Source: Candidatus Falkowbacteria bacterium (lineage in GTDB: Bacteria; Patescibacteriota; Patescibacteriia; Patescibacteriales; UBA12465). From it: 64,000 nt of DNA. This document shows, piece after piece, positions 24,586 through 33,980 of this stretch. Every line of letters begins with the position of its first letter. Position 1 is the first letter of the stretch. The notes under the pieces were generated by a model. It saw only the letters and a list, made by a program, of their open reading frames with translations. It had not been told where the DNA came from and did no database searches. The stretch covers positions 133,062 through 197,061 of the forward strand of contig CP066698.1 of assembly GCA_016432645.1 (NCBI GenBank). The letters are read 5' to 3'. The position numbers and the translations under genes are program-made.

Positions 24586-25102
24586 CGAAAACGATGAGAT
24601 AATTGGAGAAGAAGAACGGGGAGAAATTCATCGCCGCGGTTTATTGCATCGGGAAGTCCATGTTTATTTTTTAACCCCGGATAAAAAATTTATTTTTCAG
24701 CATCGTGCGCCCGATAAAGATTCCTATCCGGATTTATTAGATGCGGCTGTTGGCGGACATGTGGAGATCGGCGACTCTTATTTAGAAACGGCAATTAAGG
24801 AAACCAAGGAGGAAACCGGTTTAGATTTGAAAGCGGAAGATTTTATTTTTATTAATAAAACAAGGCGACACAGCGAAGACCCGGCTACCGGAAAAATAAA
24901 TAATGTCTTTGGCGAGAGTTATGCTTATATATTTAAAGGCGATGTTAATGATTTAAAAGTGGAGACGGGGAAGGCGGTTGGTTTTGAAGCTTGGGCGATT
25001 GATAAGATAATGGATTTAAATGATGCTGAAAAAAAGCGCTTTATTCCTTATATTTTAGAATTTAGTAAAACGGTTTTGCTGGAATTAAATAATAATTTAT
25101 AA
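24560..25102 (+). CDS. Nudix hydrolase (IDI-like subgroup possible)
   Basis: Nudix box GGHVEIGDSYLETAIKETKEETGL. Overlaps the previous gene by 26 nt. Confidence 0.8.
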   Translation: MKSLLNVVNENDEIIGEEERGEIHRRGLLHREVHVYFLTPDKKFIFQHRAPDKDSYPDLLDAAVGGHVEIGDSYLETAIKETKEETGLDLKAEDFIFINKTRRHSEDPATGKINNVFGESYAYIFKGDVNDLKVETGKAVGFEAWAIDKIMDLNDAEKKRFIPYILEFSKTVLLELNNNL

Positions 25103-25110
25103 ATTGATTA

Positions 25111-25662
25111 ATGGATAATTTTAAGCAAGACAATAAAATTTTATTTATTCCCGGCTGGCTGGATAGCGGGCGGCGTCTCGGCTATGTTAATTATTTAGAT
25201 ATTTGGCGCTCGGGAGTTAATATTAAAAAAGATTTCCAAGTTGAAACGGTTATTGCTCATAGTCTGGGAACAATTATTGCTCTGTATAATTGGTGCTTAC
25301 ATCGTAATTTTAGAATAATTTTAATTAATCCTGTTTTATCTCGACGAAAGTTATTGCGCCGCTGGTTAAAATATTATTTCCATGAAGGGCCATCGTCTTC
25401 ATTTAAAAAGACGCTGTCATTTTTTTCTGTTGTTTCCGCTTTGTTTAATTTAAATAAAATTTTAAAGATTCCGGCAGCTGAGATTTTAAATGAGTTGCCT
25501 TCAGAGAATTTAACCGTTATCTATGGCGCTGGCGACCGCTATCTTTATGATAAAGCGCTCGGTGAAGACTTAAGGGCGCGGGGAGTAAAGGTGATAGAAG
25601 TTAAAGAAGCCGGTCATAATTATACGAAAGAGTTTGATGAGATAATCAGTCTCAATATTTAA
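25111..25662 (+). CDS. alpha/beta-hydrolase-fold protein
   Basis: Nucleophile elbow AHSLGT (GxSxG-like) and a late His in EAGHNY. Confidence 0.55.
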   Translation: MDNFKQDNKILFIPGWLDSGRRLGYVNYLDIWRSGVNIKKDFQVETVIAHSLGTIIALYNWCLHRNFRIILINPVLSRRKLLRRWLKYYFHEGPSSSFKKTLSFFSVVSALFNLNKILKIPAAEILNELPSENLTVIYGAGDRYLYDKALGEDLRARGVKVIEVKEAGHNYTKEFDEIISLNI

Positions 25663-25728
25663 TATAAAAAAATAAAAAAATCGCCTCTTGTTTGGAGACG
25701 ATTTTTTTGAAAGAACGGTTTTAGTTTT

Positions 25729-26619
25729 TTACATTTGAGCAATGATGCTTTTTAAATATTCACCCAAGTGAGCAGAAGCACTTTTGGCGCGCTCAAGATT
25801 TTCTTCGTGAGAATGTTTTTCTTTGTAGCCATTAGTAACAAAACCAAGGCCAAGAATTTCAATCCCATAAAGAGACGCAATGTAAGCCTCGGGGAGCATG
25901 CTCATGCCGACTACGCCAGCACCGGTTTTACTCAAAATTTCCTTGTCATATTTATTGCCTTCAAATTGGGGGCCGCGTAACATCGCGTGTCCAGTTTTTT
26001 TAGCAATAACTAAATCCCCTTGGGATTTAAGGGCGATGTCAATTAGATTTTGACTAATAGTCTCATCAGCCGAGCAGAATTCATCGCCCCATAAGGGCAT
26101 AATTGGAGCGAAAACGGTTACGAAACCATCAATAATGGCAATGTCACCAACTTGAAGTTCCGGGTCGGGAAAAGGGAAAGTGCCGCCGGCTTTCCAAAAC
26201 TCATCCGCTAATCGTGAAAATCTTTCCGGTTGACATTTTAAAGTGCCAACCGCACTGGTGATAATAATTTTTTTTACTCCCAGATGAAAAAGCATTTCTA
26301 CTTGCAGACGCACCATTTTTAGCCAGCTTTTGCTGAATGGTTTTTCATAGAGATGGAGGCGTCCATTTAGAGCAAGAACTTGCTTGCCGGCGATTTTGCC
26401 GACAATTAAAGTTCTTTTATGACCCTCAACAACTGTGGGCAGATTCTTAAATCCAGGGATAGTGGAAAAGGGAATTTCAATTTTTTCTTCAAATTCCAAA
26501 GTGTCGCCCCAGCCGCTTCCCAGTACTACACCAATTGCTGTTTCTTCAATGTGTTGGTGTTGGCAGTTGCCAATAAATTCAGCAGCTACTCCAGCCGCTT
26601 TAACTCTTTCTTTGTTCAT
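25729..26619 (-). CDS. purine nucleoside phosphorylase (PNP/MTAP family)
   Basis: GSGWGD, TVVGHKRTLIVGKIAGKQVLALNGRLHLYE and VGMSMLPEA match PNP family signatures. Confidence 0.8.
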   Translation of the reverse strand: MNKERVKAAGVAAEFIGNCQHQHIEETAIGVVLGSGWGDTLEFEEKIEIPFSTIPGFKNLPTVVEGHKRTLIVGKIAGKQVLALNGRLHLYEKPFSKSWLKMVRLQVEMLFHLGVKKIIITSAVGTLKCQPERFSRLADEFWKAGGTFPFPDPELQVGDIAIIDGFVTVFAPIMPLWGDEFCSADETISQNLIDIALKSQGDLVIAKKTGHAMLRGPQFEGNKYDKEILSKTGAGVVGMSMLPEAYIASLYGIEILGLGFVTNGYKEKHSHEENLERAKSASAHLGEYLKSIIAQM

Positions 26620-26724
26620 TTTTTCAGTTTTAAAGGTTCTACAATATAAAATTTATTTTCTCATGATATTATGATTTTTTTGGGTTTATGTCAAATAGAG
26701 TTATAATATAAAAATAATAATTAT

Positions 26725-26979
26725 ATGAATAATTTTAGTGTTCGCGTTTATCAAATAGTTAAGAGAATCCCGGCCGGTCAAGTTTTAACTTACAAACAGG
26801 TCGCCGCTTTAGCTGGTAGTCCGAATGCCTTTAGAGCGGTCGGAAATATTTTACATAACAACCGTGACCCACATATTCCTTGCCATCGCGTTATCCGTTC
26901 AGATGGAAAGACCGGCGGCTATAATGGTTTAGCCGGGAAAAAAGAAAAGATTTTAAAGAAAGAAGGATACTTAAGATAG
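26725..26979 (+). CDS. MGMT-family protein (methylated-DNA--protein-cysteine methyltransferase DNA-binding domain only, 84 aa)
   Basis: Active-site IPCHRVI (PCHR motif). The short form lacks the N-terminal domain. Confidence 0.8.
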   Translation: MNNFSVRVYQIVKRIPAGQVLTYKQVAALAGSPNAFRAVGNILHNNRDPHIPCHRVIRSDGKTGGYNGLAGKKEKILKKEGYLR

Positions 26980-27048
26980 AAAAATAAGTTTTATAAAAAA
27001 ATCCCGCTCTTTTTTGGAGGCGGGATTTTGGCATTTAGCCATTTAAAA

Positions 27049-28203
27049 TTATTCAGAAAAAAATTCAATTGGACGATAGCCGTATTGGTTGACGGCTCTA
27101 GTAGCCCAGTGGTTGTCTGCTAAGGTTAAAATTAATGTTGAGCGAATTTTGCTCGGATTGGCAAAGGCGGCAAATTTATTGACTCCGATTACCATGCGGT
27201 CGCTGCCGTTTACCGGCTGAAAAATACTGTAGGCTGGAGGAGTTGACATTAAAATACCTTCTTTGGTGTAGGGCTGGTCCTGATAAACTTCAAACAGCTT
27301 TAGAGCTGGCTCTCCCTGGTCGTCTTTTTTACGCGCAAATCTCAGATAGGGAAGCCAGTGTATCCACTCGGTAATTTTTTCGCCGTTAGCGAATACAAAA
27401 CCGATTTGATTTTCCAGAGGCTGCAGTTTTGAGAGATATAACGCGCGTGAAGGACCGCCCGGTAAATCGTAGCGGAGATTTTTAATCATGTCAGCTTCTG
27501 ACATAAAATGGCTGGCGATAAAATTTTCTTTGTAGGTGCTTTTACCCATGAAGGTTGTGAAATGACGCATATGGTCAGAGCGGCAAGTGTCATGAAAGAA
27601 AATATTTTCACCATTTGTCAGGATTGTTTCTAAATCAAGCTTTGTTTGCTCGATTGGAAGTTCGTAAGAATAACAACCGGCGCTGCAAGCCAAAAATAAT
27701 TGGCGAGTGATGTAATTTACGATTACCGAGAAAATCGGCAAACCCTTACGCACACAAGTGATAGCGGAACTGCCGCCCGTTATTGGCAGAGGAGTGCCAA
27801 ATTTAGCTTCCCACATTTCTTTGAATTCCTGGTTGTTTACAGTTTCTAAAACCGACTTGGTTTTATCAGGAGTTGATTCCAGAGCTGCTTTAATTTGCGA
27901 AGAGCGATCGGTTGGATCGCTGATAAAGACAGTGCGAAAAAGGTGATGATCTTCTGGATGAGAAAAACGAATTTTTTCTCTCCCACCGGCTTCCTCGGTA
28001 ATGATTGCGCTTAGATGATCATACTCTTGCAAAGTTTCAATAATAGTAATTTCGGCCATGGCATCCATGCCCAAAGTGTCGCTTTTGCCATATTTCAGAA
28101 TAGGCCTTAAAGCTTCTTCGACCGTTGACTGCCAGAAGGCATAAGTTGATTTGGAGATAGCCCCTAAAACAGCGTTACAGTGGCTTTTTTCGATTCCTTC
28201 CAT
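27049..28203 (-). CDS. hypothetical protein, possibly a divergent IMPase/FBPase-superfamily phosphatase (384 aa)
   Basis: ITEEAGG followed about 25 aa later by FISDPTDRSS resembles the EE...DPxD(G/S)(T/S) metal-binding motifs. The second half does not match. Confidence 0.4.
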   Translation of the reverse strand: MEGIEKSHCNAVLGAISKSTYAFWQSTVEEALRPILKYGKSDTLGMDAMAEITIIETLQEYDHLSAIITEEAGGREKIRFSHPEDHHLFRTVFISDPTDRSSQIKAALESTPDKTKSVLETVNNQEFKEMWEAKFGTPLPITGGSSAITCVRKGLPIFSVIVNYITRQLFLACSAGCYSYELPIEQTKLDLETILTNGENIFFHDTCRSDHMRHFTTFMGKSTYKENFIASHFMSEADMIKNLRYDLPGGPSRALYLSKLQPLENQIGFVFANGEKITEWIHWLPYLRFARKKDDQGEPALKLFEVYQDQPYTKEGILMSTPPAYSIFQPVNGSDRMVIGVNKFAAFANPSKIRSTLILTLADNHWATRAVNQYGYRPIEFFSE

Positions 28204-28401
28204 GATTTTTTCCTTTCTTTTATTTAGTTATTAGAATTGTTAAAAAACTCGATTTTCCCCACACTTTACCAGTAAATTTAGAAATTGTCAAATAGTAATA
28301 TTTGACTAATTATAAATTTTATAGTAGTTTAATTAATTGTGAATTTAGAACTTTAAAAATAATAAATAGTATAAACAAAAATCTAAAAAACATGGGACAT
28401 C

Positions 28402-29244
28402 ATGAAAACCTTGGAGTTAGAAGAAACAACTGGAAAACTGTATTGGATGCAGCGCCAGTATTTGGAAACCAAACCCAGCTGGCAGGTTCTGCCGGTTGGC
28501 GAGCCGGTACTCGGCTACCTAATGAATGCCGACTTATTGGTTGGTCCGTTTCAAAAGGAATGGCCTCGAATTCGCGCTGATGAAAGTGGTGTTGGCTCTG
28601 TTCTGATAGAATGGGGTTATGAATTAGAGTATCATGGCAATTGCGCATTTGAATTTGGCAATGAATATCTTGTGCGCAAAAGCAGCCCAGTTATTTGCCA
28701 GGAGATTGAACGTCCGTTACTGATTGTCGGCGCTTTGCGTGGCCGTCAAAAAGAAGCTGCGGGGCTACCAAAAAAACTTTTTTTTCACGACAAATTTATT
28801 CTGGACACCGGAGAAAATTATACGGGAAAAATTGTTATTGATTCTGAGATTGACGAAGTTTTTGTCAAAATTGAAGAAGCTAAAAAAGAGTGGCGGCGGC
28901 GCAAGCAAGCGCAGTTTGCTGATGAATTTTTTCGGCTTTCAAGAGACTCCGGCGTCAGTTCAACGATTGACGTCGGCGGCGAAACCGGGTTTGAGCTGGA
29001 AGATGTTCCCAGTCATTTTTTTGAGTTATATCGAAAATGTCTGTCAACTGTTTTTGACGCTCGAAGTAGTATTACCCCGACTTATCAATTAGTCTTGGTT
29101 AATAAGGCGCGGATAGAAGTGGAAGAGAGACGGATAATTTATATCTCCGTGCCCGAAGAATACAAGAAATTCATCATTGGTAAGGGAGGGGAAAATATTA
29201 AGGCTCTCCAGGAAAAATTGGGTTGTAAAATTGATTTGAAGTAA
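28402..29244 (+). CDS. hypothetical protein with a C-terminal KH RNA-binding domain (280 aa)
   Basis: IIGKGGENIKALQEKLGCKI contains the KH GxxG loop. The N-terminal 220 aa are unassigned. Confidence 0.6.
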   Translation: MKTLELEETTGKLYWMQRQYLETKPSWQVLPVGEPVLGYLMNADLLVGPFQKEWPRIRADESGVGSVLIEWGYELEYHGNCAFEFGNEYLVRKSSPVICQEIERPLLIVGALRGRQKEAAGLPKKLFFHDKFILDTGENYTGKIVIDSEIDEVFVKIEEAKKEWRRRKQAQFADEFFRLSRDSGVSSTIDVGGETGFELEDVPSHFFELYRKCLSTVFDARSSITPTYQLVLVNKARIEVEERRIIYISVPEEYKKFIIGKGGENIKALQEKLGCKIDLK

Positions 29245-29263
29245 CCAACAAAAAACAAAATTA

Positions 29264-29986
29264 ATGAAAAAAATTTGTTTGTTTTTAGGATTCCTAATCT
29301 TCGCGGTTGTAATTATTTCGGCTCAGGAAAATTATGATTATTTGAAGATTACTTTGGTGGACGGGAAGCAATGCTTAAATATCAGAGTCAAAGCTCTTAG
29401 TCTGGGAACTAATTTTTTGGAAAACAATCCGGTTAGAACCGTTACTTTTCAAAAATTTATGGACAGTGAACCGGCAATTACCCAGCCCGAAGGATTTTTT
29501 CTCTGCGAAGAGCTTGATGATTGGCGAAAAAAAACCGACCGTCAGTACCCGCTCACGTTAGCAGAGCAGAGGGCTGCTCAACAAGCAGCTCGATTAGCCG
29601 AAGGCGCAGCAGTTTGTTTATTTGGCGATAGCCTTAAAGACTTACGGCGCGATCAGTTTCTTATGCTTTGGGTTAGTTTGAGCCGAAAAGCAGTAAAAAA
29701 TAGCCGCCGCGATTTGCAAGAAAATTCTGTTAAGGAATCTTGGTTTATCGCTCAGACTGGGGAATTAGTTTGGAATCTGATGCCGAAAAGCTGGACTGTG
29801 GAAGATACCAGGGCGTTTGCTCTTTATCGTCCAAATGATTTGGCAGTTACTCTTCTAGTTGATCCTGGAGCTAATATTATGACTAAAATAATTTTATTTC
29901 CGGAGCTAAAGTATCGCCAGAAATTTTCCTATGACTTGGTTGATAAATCTTCCAAAGATTTAAAGGATTACGCAATTTATAAGTAA
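29264..29986 (+). CDS. hypothetical secreted protein (240 aa)
   Basis: Signal-like MKKICLFLGFLIFAVVIISAQ. Lies 19 nt after the KH-protein gene. Confidence 0.5.
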   Translation: MKKICLFLGFLIFAVVIISAQENYDYLKITLVDGKQCLNIRVKALSLGTNFLENNPVRTVTFQKFMDSEPAITQPEGFFLCEELDDWRKKTDRQYPLTLAEQRAAQQAARLAEGAAVCLFGDSLKDLRRDQFLMLWVSLSRKAVKNSRRDLQENSVKESWFIAQTGELVWNLMPKSWTVEDTRAFALYRPNDLAVTLLVDPGANIMTKIILFPELKYRQKFSYDLVDKSSKDLKDYAIYK

Positions 29987-30085
29987 AAATTTTTCTTTGT
30001 TATAAAGCCGTCAGCTTCTAGTTGGCGGTTTTTATTTTTTAAAAACTAATATTTAAGTTATAATTAGTTTATAATTACAAATATT

Positions 30086-30493
30086 ATGGCTATTTTAATT
30101 GCTCATACTGTTTTAATAAACAAATTGGGAGAAGTCCTTTTGTTGCGGCGCAGTGCTAACGATGAATTTATGCCCGGTTCCTGGGATCTTCCAGGAGGAA
30201 CAGTGGAAGAGAGAGAACATCCTCTAGACGCGGCTACTCGAGAAACGGAGGAAGAGTCTGGTTTTAAGGTTAAAAATTTAAAACCGCTGCTTATTTATTC
30301 TAATTGGGATAAAAAGAAACAAAAGCAATTCGTTTCTTTGATATTTTATACTGAAAAATATCAAGGAAGCTTGAAGCTTAACCCAGACGACCACAATGAC
30401 TATATTTGGGTAAAACCGGCCAAGATTAAGAAGATGTATACTGTTCCTTATTTGCCGGAAGTGGTTCGGGCAATAAAAGAACTTAATAATTGA
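30086..30493 (+). CDS. Nudix hydrolase
   Basis: Nudix box GGTVEEREHPLDAATRETEEESGF. Confidence 0.8.
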   Translation: MAILIAHTVLINKLGEVLLLRRSANDEFMPGSWDLPGGTVEEREHPLDAATRETEEESGFKVKNLKPLLIYSNWDKKKQKQFVSLIFYTEKYQGSLKLNPDDHNDYIWVKPAKIKKMYTVPYLPEVVRAIKELNN

Positions 30494-30605
30494 CATTTTT
30501 ATTTTTATATGTCAAACTAAGGGGGCAACGATATCGTGTGTCAAAAAAGTGGTCGATTTTTAAACTCTTTATTAAATTGCAATCTTATAAACTAAGTCTT
30601 AAATT

Positions 30606-30803
30606 ATGACTGGTACTATTAAAACTTTAACCGATAAGGGTTTTGGTTTCATCACCGTTGAAGGCCAAGAGAAGGATTTATTCTTCCACAGCAATGCTTT
30701 AGTCGGTGTTCAATTCAGCGAATTACGTGAAGGCGATGCTCTTTCTTTTGAAACCGAGATGTCCCCTAAAGGTATGAACGCCGTTAATGTTAAGCGCGCT
30801 TAA
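30606..30803 (+). CDS. cspA: cold-shock protein (CspA family)
   Basis: 65 aa with RNP1 KGFGFI and RNP2-like DLFFHSN. Has a leader of about 100 nt. Confidence 0.9.
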   Translation: MTGTIKTLTDKGFGFITVEGQEKDLFFHSNALVGVQFSELREGDALSFETEMSPKGMNAVNVKRA

Positions 30804-30918
30804 TATCAACTTCTGAATTAAAGAGGGCCCCGCCCGATTTTATTGCGGCGGGGTTTTCTGTGGAGCCCAAAAAGTTTTAAATTAAAATATTAAAAATTAA
30901 TTAAACTATAAAATTATT

Positions 30919-31503
30919 ATGAAAGATTTTAATCGCGGAGGAGGTTTTAGAGATAAGCGAGGCGGCGGCTTTGATCGTCGAGATTCTGGCAGTCGCGGCG
31001 GCTTTAATCGTGGCGGGAATGGCGGCGGTTTTGACCGTCCGGCTATGCATCGGGCGACTTGTGCCGAATGCGGCCAAAGCTGTGAGGTGCCTTTTAAACC
31101 GACCGGTGAAAGACCGGTTTATTGCAGTAATTGTTTTAAAAATAAAGATGAGGGCGCTCCAAGAAGAGACGATCGTCATGAGCATCGTCCTGAAAGCCGT
31201 TTCGACGGCCGCCCTGAACATAGAGAATTTAACAAGCCGGCAGTTAATGCTAACAACTTTTCTAACGAGCAGTTTGAAACTTTAAACGCTAAGCTTGATA
31301 AAATATTACGCGCTTTAAATTCCACTCCGGTAAATTCCGCTTTAAAAGTAGCGGCTCTTAGCGAACCGCTTAAAGAAGCTGCTAAAAAGATAGAGACTAA
31401 AGCCGCTTCAGTAGCCAAGGAAATAAAAAAAGAAGTTAAAAAAGTTATTAAAAAATCAGTAGCCGCTAAAGCTAAGCCAGCGGCTAAGAAAAAGAAGAAA
31501 TAA
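30919..31503 (+). CDS. RGG-rich zinc-ribbon protein with a Lys-rich tail (probable nucleic-acid binder)
   Basis: GGGF/RGG repeats, CAECGQSC...CSNCF (CxxC-x17-CxxC), and a C-terminal KKEVKKVIKK...KKKKK. Confidence 0.6.
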   Translation: MKDFNRGGGFRDKRGGGFDRRDSGSRGGFNRGGNGGGFDRPAMHRATCAECGQSCEVPFKPTGERPVYCSNCFKNKDEGAPRRDDRHEHRPESRFDGRPEHREFNKPAVNANNFSNEQFETLNAKLDKILRALNSTPVNSALKVAALSEPLKEAAKKIETKAASVAKEIKKEVKKVIKKSVAAKAKPAAKKKKK

Positions 31504-31507
31504 GCGT

Positions 31508-32959
31508 ATGGCTGAGGAAGTAGTCTTAAGATTTGATGACGTTAAATTTGAATATGTCCACAAGAAGCCCGTTTTAGACGAGGCTTCTTTCAGTGTGCGT
31601 CAGGGTGCGAAAATAACTTTAATGGGTCAGAATGGTGCCGGCAAAAGTACTATTTTTGGCTTAATTAAAAAAGAGTTGACGCCGCAAAAAGGAACTATTT
31701 CAGTTTCTTCGGATGCTACTATTGGCACCGCCCGACAAACAATCGCGCGGGAAGATTTAGATTTAAACGTTGAACAATATTTTTCCAAAAGTTTTCGTGA
31801 GATGCCGGGAAATATTAAGAGCCTGATTGCTAAAGCTTTGGATGCGGTTAATTTTTCGATTCCGCTTGATCGCCGTATCGGCGATTTGTCCGGCGGCCAG
31901 CAAGCACGGATTTTATTAGCCTATTCGCTTATAGAAAACCCCGATATTTTATTGCTTGATGAGCCAACTAATAATTTAGACAAGGACGGCATTGATCATT
32001 TGATTGGTTTCTTGCTGACTTACGATAAAACAGTTTTAGTTATTTCTCATGATGCCGACTTTTTGAATTGTTTTACCGAAGGCGTCATCTACTTGGACAG
32101 TTTTACTCATAAGACAGAAATGTATGTCGGCGATTATTATTCCGTGGTGGAAGAAATTTCCCGCCGGGTAGAGAGGGAACAGCGCCAAAATGCCCAGATG
32201 GAAAAACAAATAAAAGACCGCAAGGAAAAAGTTAATTTCTTCGCCCATAAGGGAGGGAAGATGCGTAAGTTAGCGGCTAAGATGAAAGAGGAAACAGAGG
32301 AACTTGAAGAAAATAAAGTTGATGTCCGGCGCGAAGATAAAACTATCCGCGATTTTGAAATCCCCATGCAGGATATTACTGGTGAAATCGTCTCTTTGAA
32401 AAAAATTAAAATTGTTAAGAATCATGAGCCTATTATTAAAGATATTAACATCGCTCTGCGCAAAAAAGACCGTCTGTTGGTGATTGGTCCTAATGGTATC
32501 GGCAAGAGTACGCTTTTGCGTTCACTCGTTTCTGGCAAGCAGGAAGGGCAAACAATTTTGGCAGGAGCTAAGGTCGGTTATTATAGCCAGGATTTTTCTA
32601 ATTTAGACTTTGAACAAACCGTTTTTGATTCTTTGATGGGTTGTTTGGCTGATGGTTTAGGCGAGCAGGAAATGCGTTCGACAGCAGCTGGATTTTTAAT
32701 CACCGGTGAGTTAATGGGCCAAAAAATCGGCGCCTTGTCTGAAGGACAGAAAGGACTTTTAGCTTTTGCTAGATTAACTTTAATGCAGCCTAGTCTGTTG
32801 ATTTTAGACGAACCGACAAATCATATTAATTTTCGCCATCTGCCGGTACTCGCGGCGGCGATTAATGAATTCCCGGGAACCATTATTATGGTCAGTCATA
32901 TGCCGGAATTTGTGGCACAGATTAAGTTCACGGATGAATTAGATTTAGGCAAGTTATAA
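31508..32959 (+). CDS. ABC-F family ATPase (two ABC domains, no TM domain)
   Basis: Walker A GQNGAGKST and GPNGIGKST, signatures LSGGQQ and LSEGQKG, and a charged linker between the domains. Confidence 0.85.
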   Translation: MAEEVVLRFDDVKFEYVHKKPVLDEASFSVRQGAKITLMGQNGAGKSTIFGLIKKELTPQKGTISVSSDATIGTARQTIAREDLDLNVEQYFSKSFREMPGNIKSLIAKALDAVNFSIPLDRRIGDLSGGQQARILLAYSLIENPDILLLDEPTNNLDKDGIDHLIGFLLTYDKTVLVISHDADFLNCFTEGVIYLDSFTHKTEMYVGDYYSVVEEISRRVEREQRQNAQMEKQIKDRKEKVNFFAHKGGKMRKLAAKMKEETEELEENKVDVRREDKTIRDFEIPMQDITGEIVSLKKIKIVKNHEPIIKDINIALRKKDRLLVIGPNGIGKSTLLRSLVSGKQEGQTILAGAKVGYYSQDFSNLDFEQTVFDSLMGCLADGLGEQEMRSTAAGFLITGELMGQKIGALSEGQKGLLAFARLTLMQPSLLILDEPTNHINFRHLPVLAAAINEFPGTIIMVSHMPEFVAQIKFTDELDLGKL

Positions 32960-32981
32960 ATATTTTTGAAAAATAGTAAAT

Positions 32982-33013
32982 AAAAAAGGCCGGATTTTTT
33001 CGGCCTTTTTTTT
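32982..33013. terminator. bidirectional terminator (GGCCG/CGGCC with A- and T-runs)
   Basis: aaaaaaggccggattttttcggcctttttttt lies between convergent genes. Confidence 0.7.
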
Positions 33014-33044
33014 GTTTTTTAGGTTTTTAGCAAAGAGCGCGTTT

Positions 33045-33761
33045 TTAAAAAAAAGCGGTAACGGTTAAGGGAGATAATAAGCCGATAACAGCGTTTTCTT
33101 CTTGAAAAATTTTAAATCCTTGGCGACTAATCCAGATTCCGCCAATAAATTCCAACTCCTCCTCCTGCTTGGGAGCTAAAAACACCAAGCGGTAGTGCAT
33201 GCGCCAACTTAAAGGCAGGCCGGGCGTGTTTAGGGGCATATAAAATTTCTGCAAGTAACTTTCACCGGAATAGATAAATTTTATAATTCCGGTTCTCGTT
33301 GTGAAACCATTTTTGTAGCCGAGACGTCGCCATTCCGGGTGCCAGATTTTGGTTACGCCTTTAGTGTTTTTGACACAGAAGGGTTGGTTCCAATTTAATT
33401 TTCTTTCAAAATTTTGTGAATTCAAGGGCTCCCACAATCCCAGCTCAACCCCGGCTTTAAAGTCAATCTCAAATTCGTGCTGCGAGGCGGAATATAATTT
33501 ATTTTCCAGCCAGGGAAGTTCGTCGCGCAAGAATGAGCCGGCCAAATTTTTAATTATTTGGGCGGACTTCAGGCCGCTCCCGTAGTTAAAGGCATTAAGC
33601 GAGCCATTTGGGGAACAGTCCAAGGCGATAAAAACATCCTGGTTTTCCGGCTTTGGCAGTTTAGATACCAGTTGTTTGGCTTGAAAGACGTGCGATTCAA
33701 AAACTTGCAGAATTTCATTGGAAGGAACAAATTTTTCATTTTTACTTTTACTTTTTTTCAT
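33045..33761 (-). CDS. hypothetical protein (238 aa)
   Basis: Long ORF with no recognised motif. Preceded by the orphan promoter-terminator unit 33811-34008. Confidence 0.5.
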   Translation of the reverse strand: MKKSKSKNEKFVPSNEILQVFESHVFQAKQLVSKLPKPENQDVFIALDCSPNGSLNAFNYGSGLKSAQIIKNLAGSFLRDELPWLENKLYSASQHEFEIDFKAGVELGLWEPLNSQNFERKLNWNQPFCVKNTKGVTKIWHPEWRRLGYKNGFTTRTGIIKFIYSGESYLQKFYMPLNTPGLPLSWRMHYRLVFLAPKQEEELEFIGGIWISRQGFKIFQEENAVIGLLSPLTVTAFF

Positions 33762-33810
33762 GATACTTAATTTTAAGAGTGAAACAATATTTAATTATTA
33801 AGGTTCTTTT

Positions 33811-33847
33811 AAAAAACAAAGACCGGGTTCTGTTGGAGAATCCGGTC
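33811..33847 (-). terminator. intrinsic terminator/attenuator upstream of 33045-33761
   Basis: Minus strand reads GACCGGATTCTCCAACAGAACCCGGTC then TTTGTTTTTT. Confidence 0.6.
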
Positions 33848-33893
33848 GTTATTTATTGATTTTTTCTTTTTTTAGGATGTTTATTCCATGGGA

Positions 33894-33974
33894 TTAATCA
33901 ATAAAAATTTGCCGGAGATTGCTCCAGAAATTAAATTGATTATTGTAGTAGTTGTTCAGCGATAAATTAAACAT
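33894..33974 (-). other. 26-aa micro-ORF MFNLSLNNYYNNQFNFWSNLRQIFID inside an orphan transcription unit (may be a leader peptide, or the unit may be an sRNA)
   Basis: The ATG lies 6 nt after a TTGCCA-16-TAAAAT promoter, a leaderless geometry. The hairpin terminator 33811-33847 lies downstream. Coding status is unproven. Confidence 0.2.
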
Positions 33975-33980
33975 AAAGAT

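Noticed and set aside
28286-28307. Inverted TTGACA-type repeats (also at 42364-42370, 1344/1380 and 30490-30515) as possible transposon ends or recombination sites.
   Set aside because: At 28286 and 42364 they are simply back-to-back -35 boxes of divergent promoters. No flanking direct repeats or transposase genes are present. The element A case is reported separately as a repeat.
30901-31418. Three ORFs (30901-31221 minus, 30971-31285 plus, 31176-31418 minus) overlapping the RGG zinc-ribbon gene.
   Set aside because: They are artefacts of the GC-rich GGC/CGG repeat region. Only the 30919 frame gives the CxxC...CxxC ribbon and runs into the Lys-rich tail ending next to the ABC-F start.
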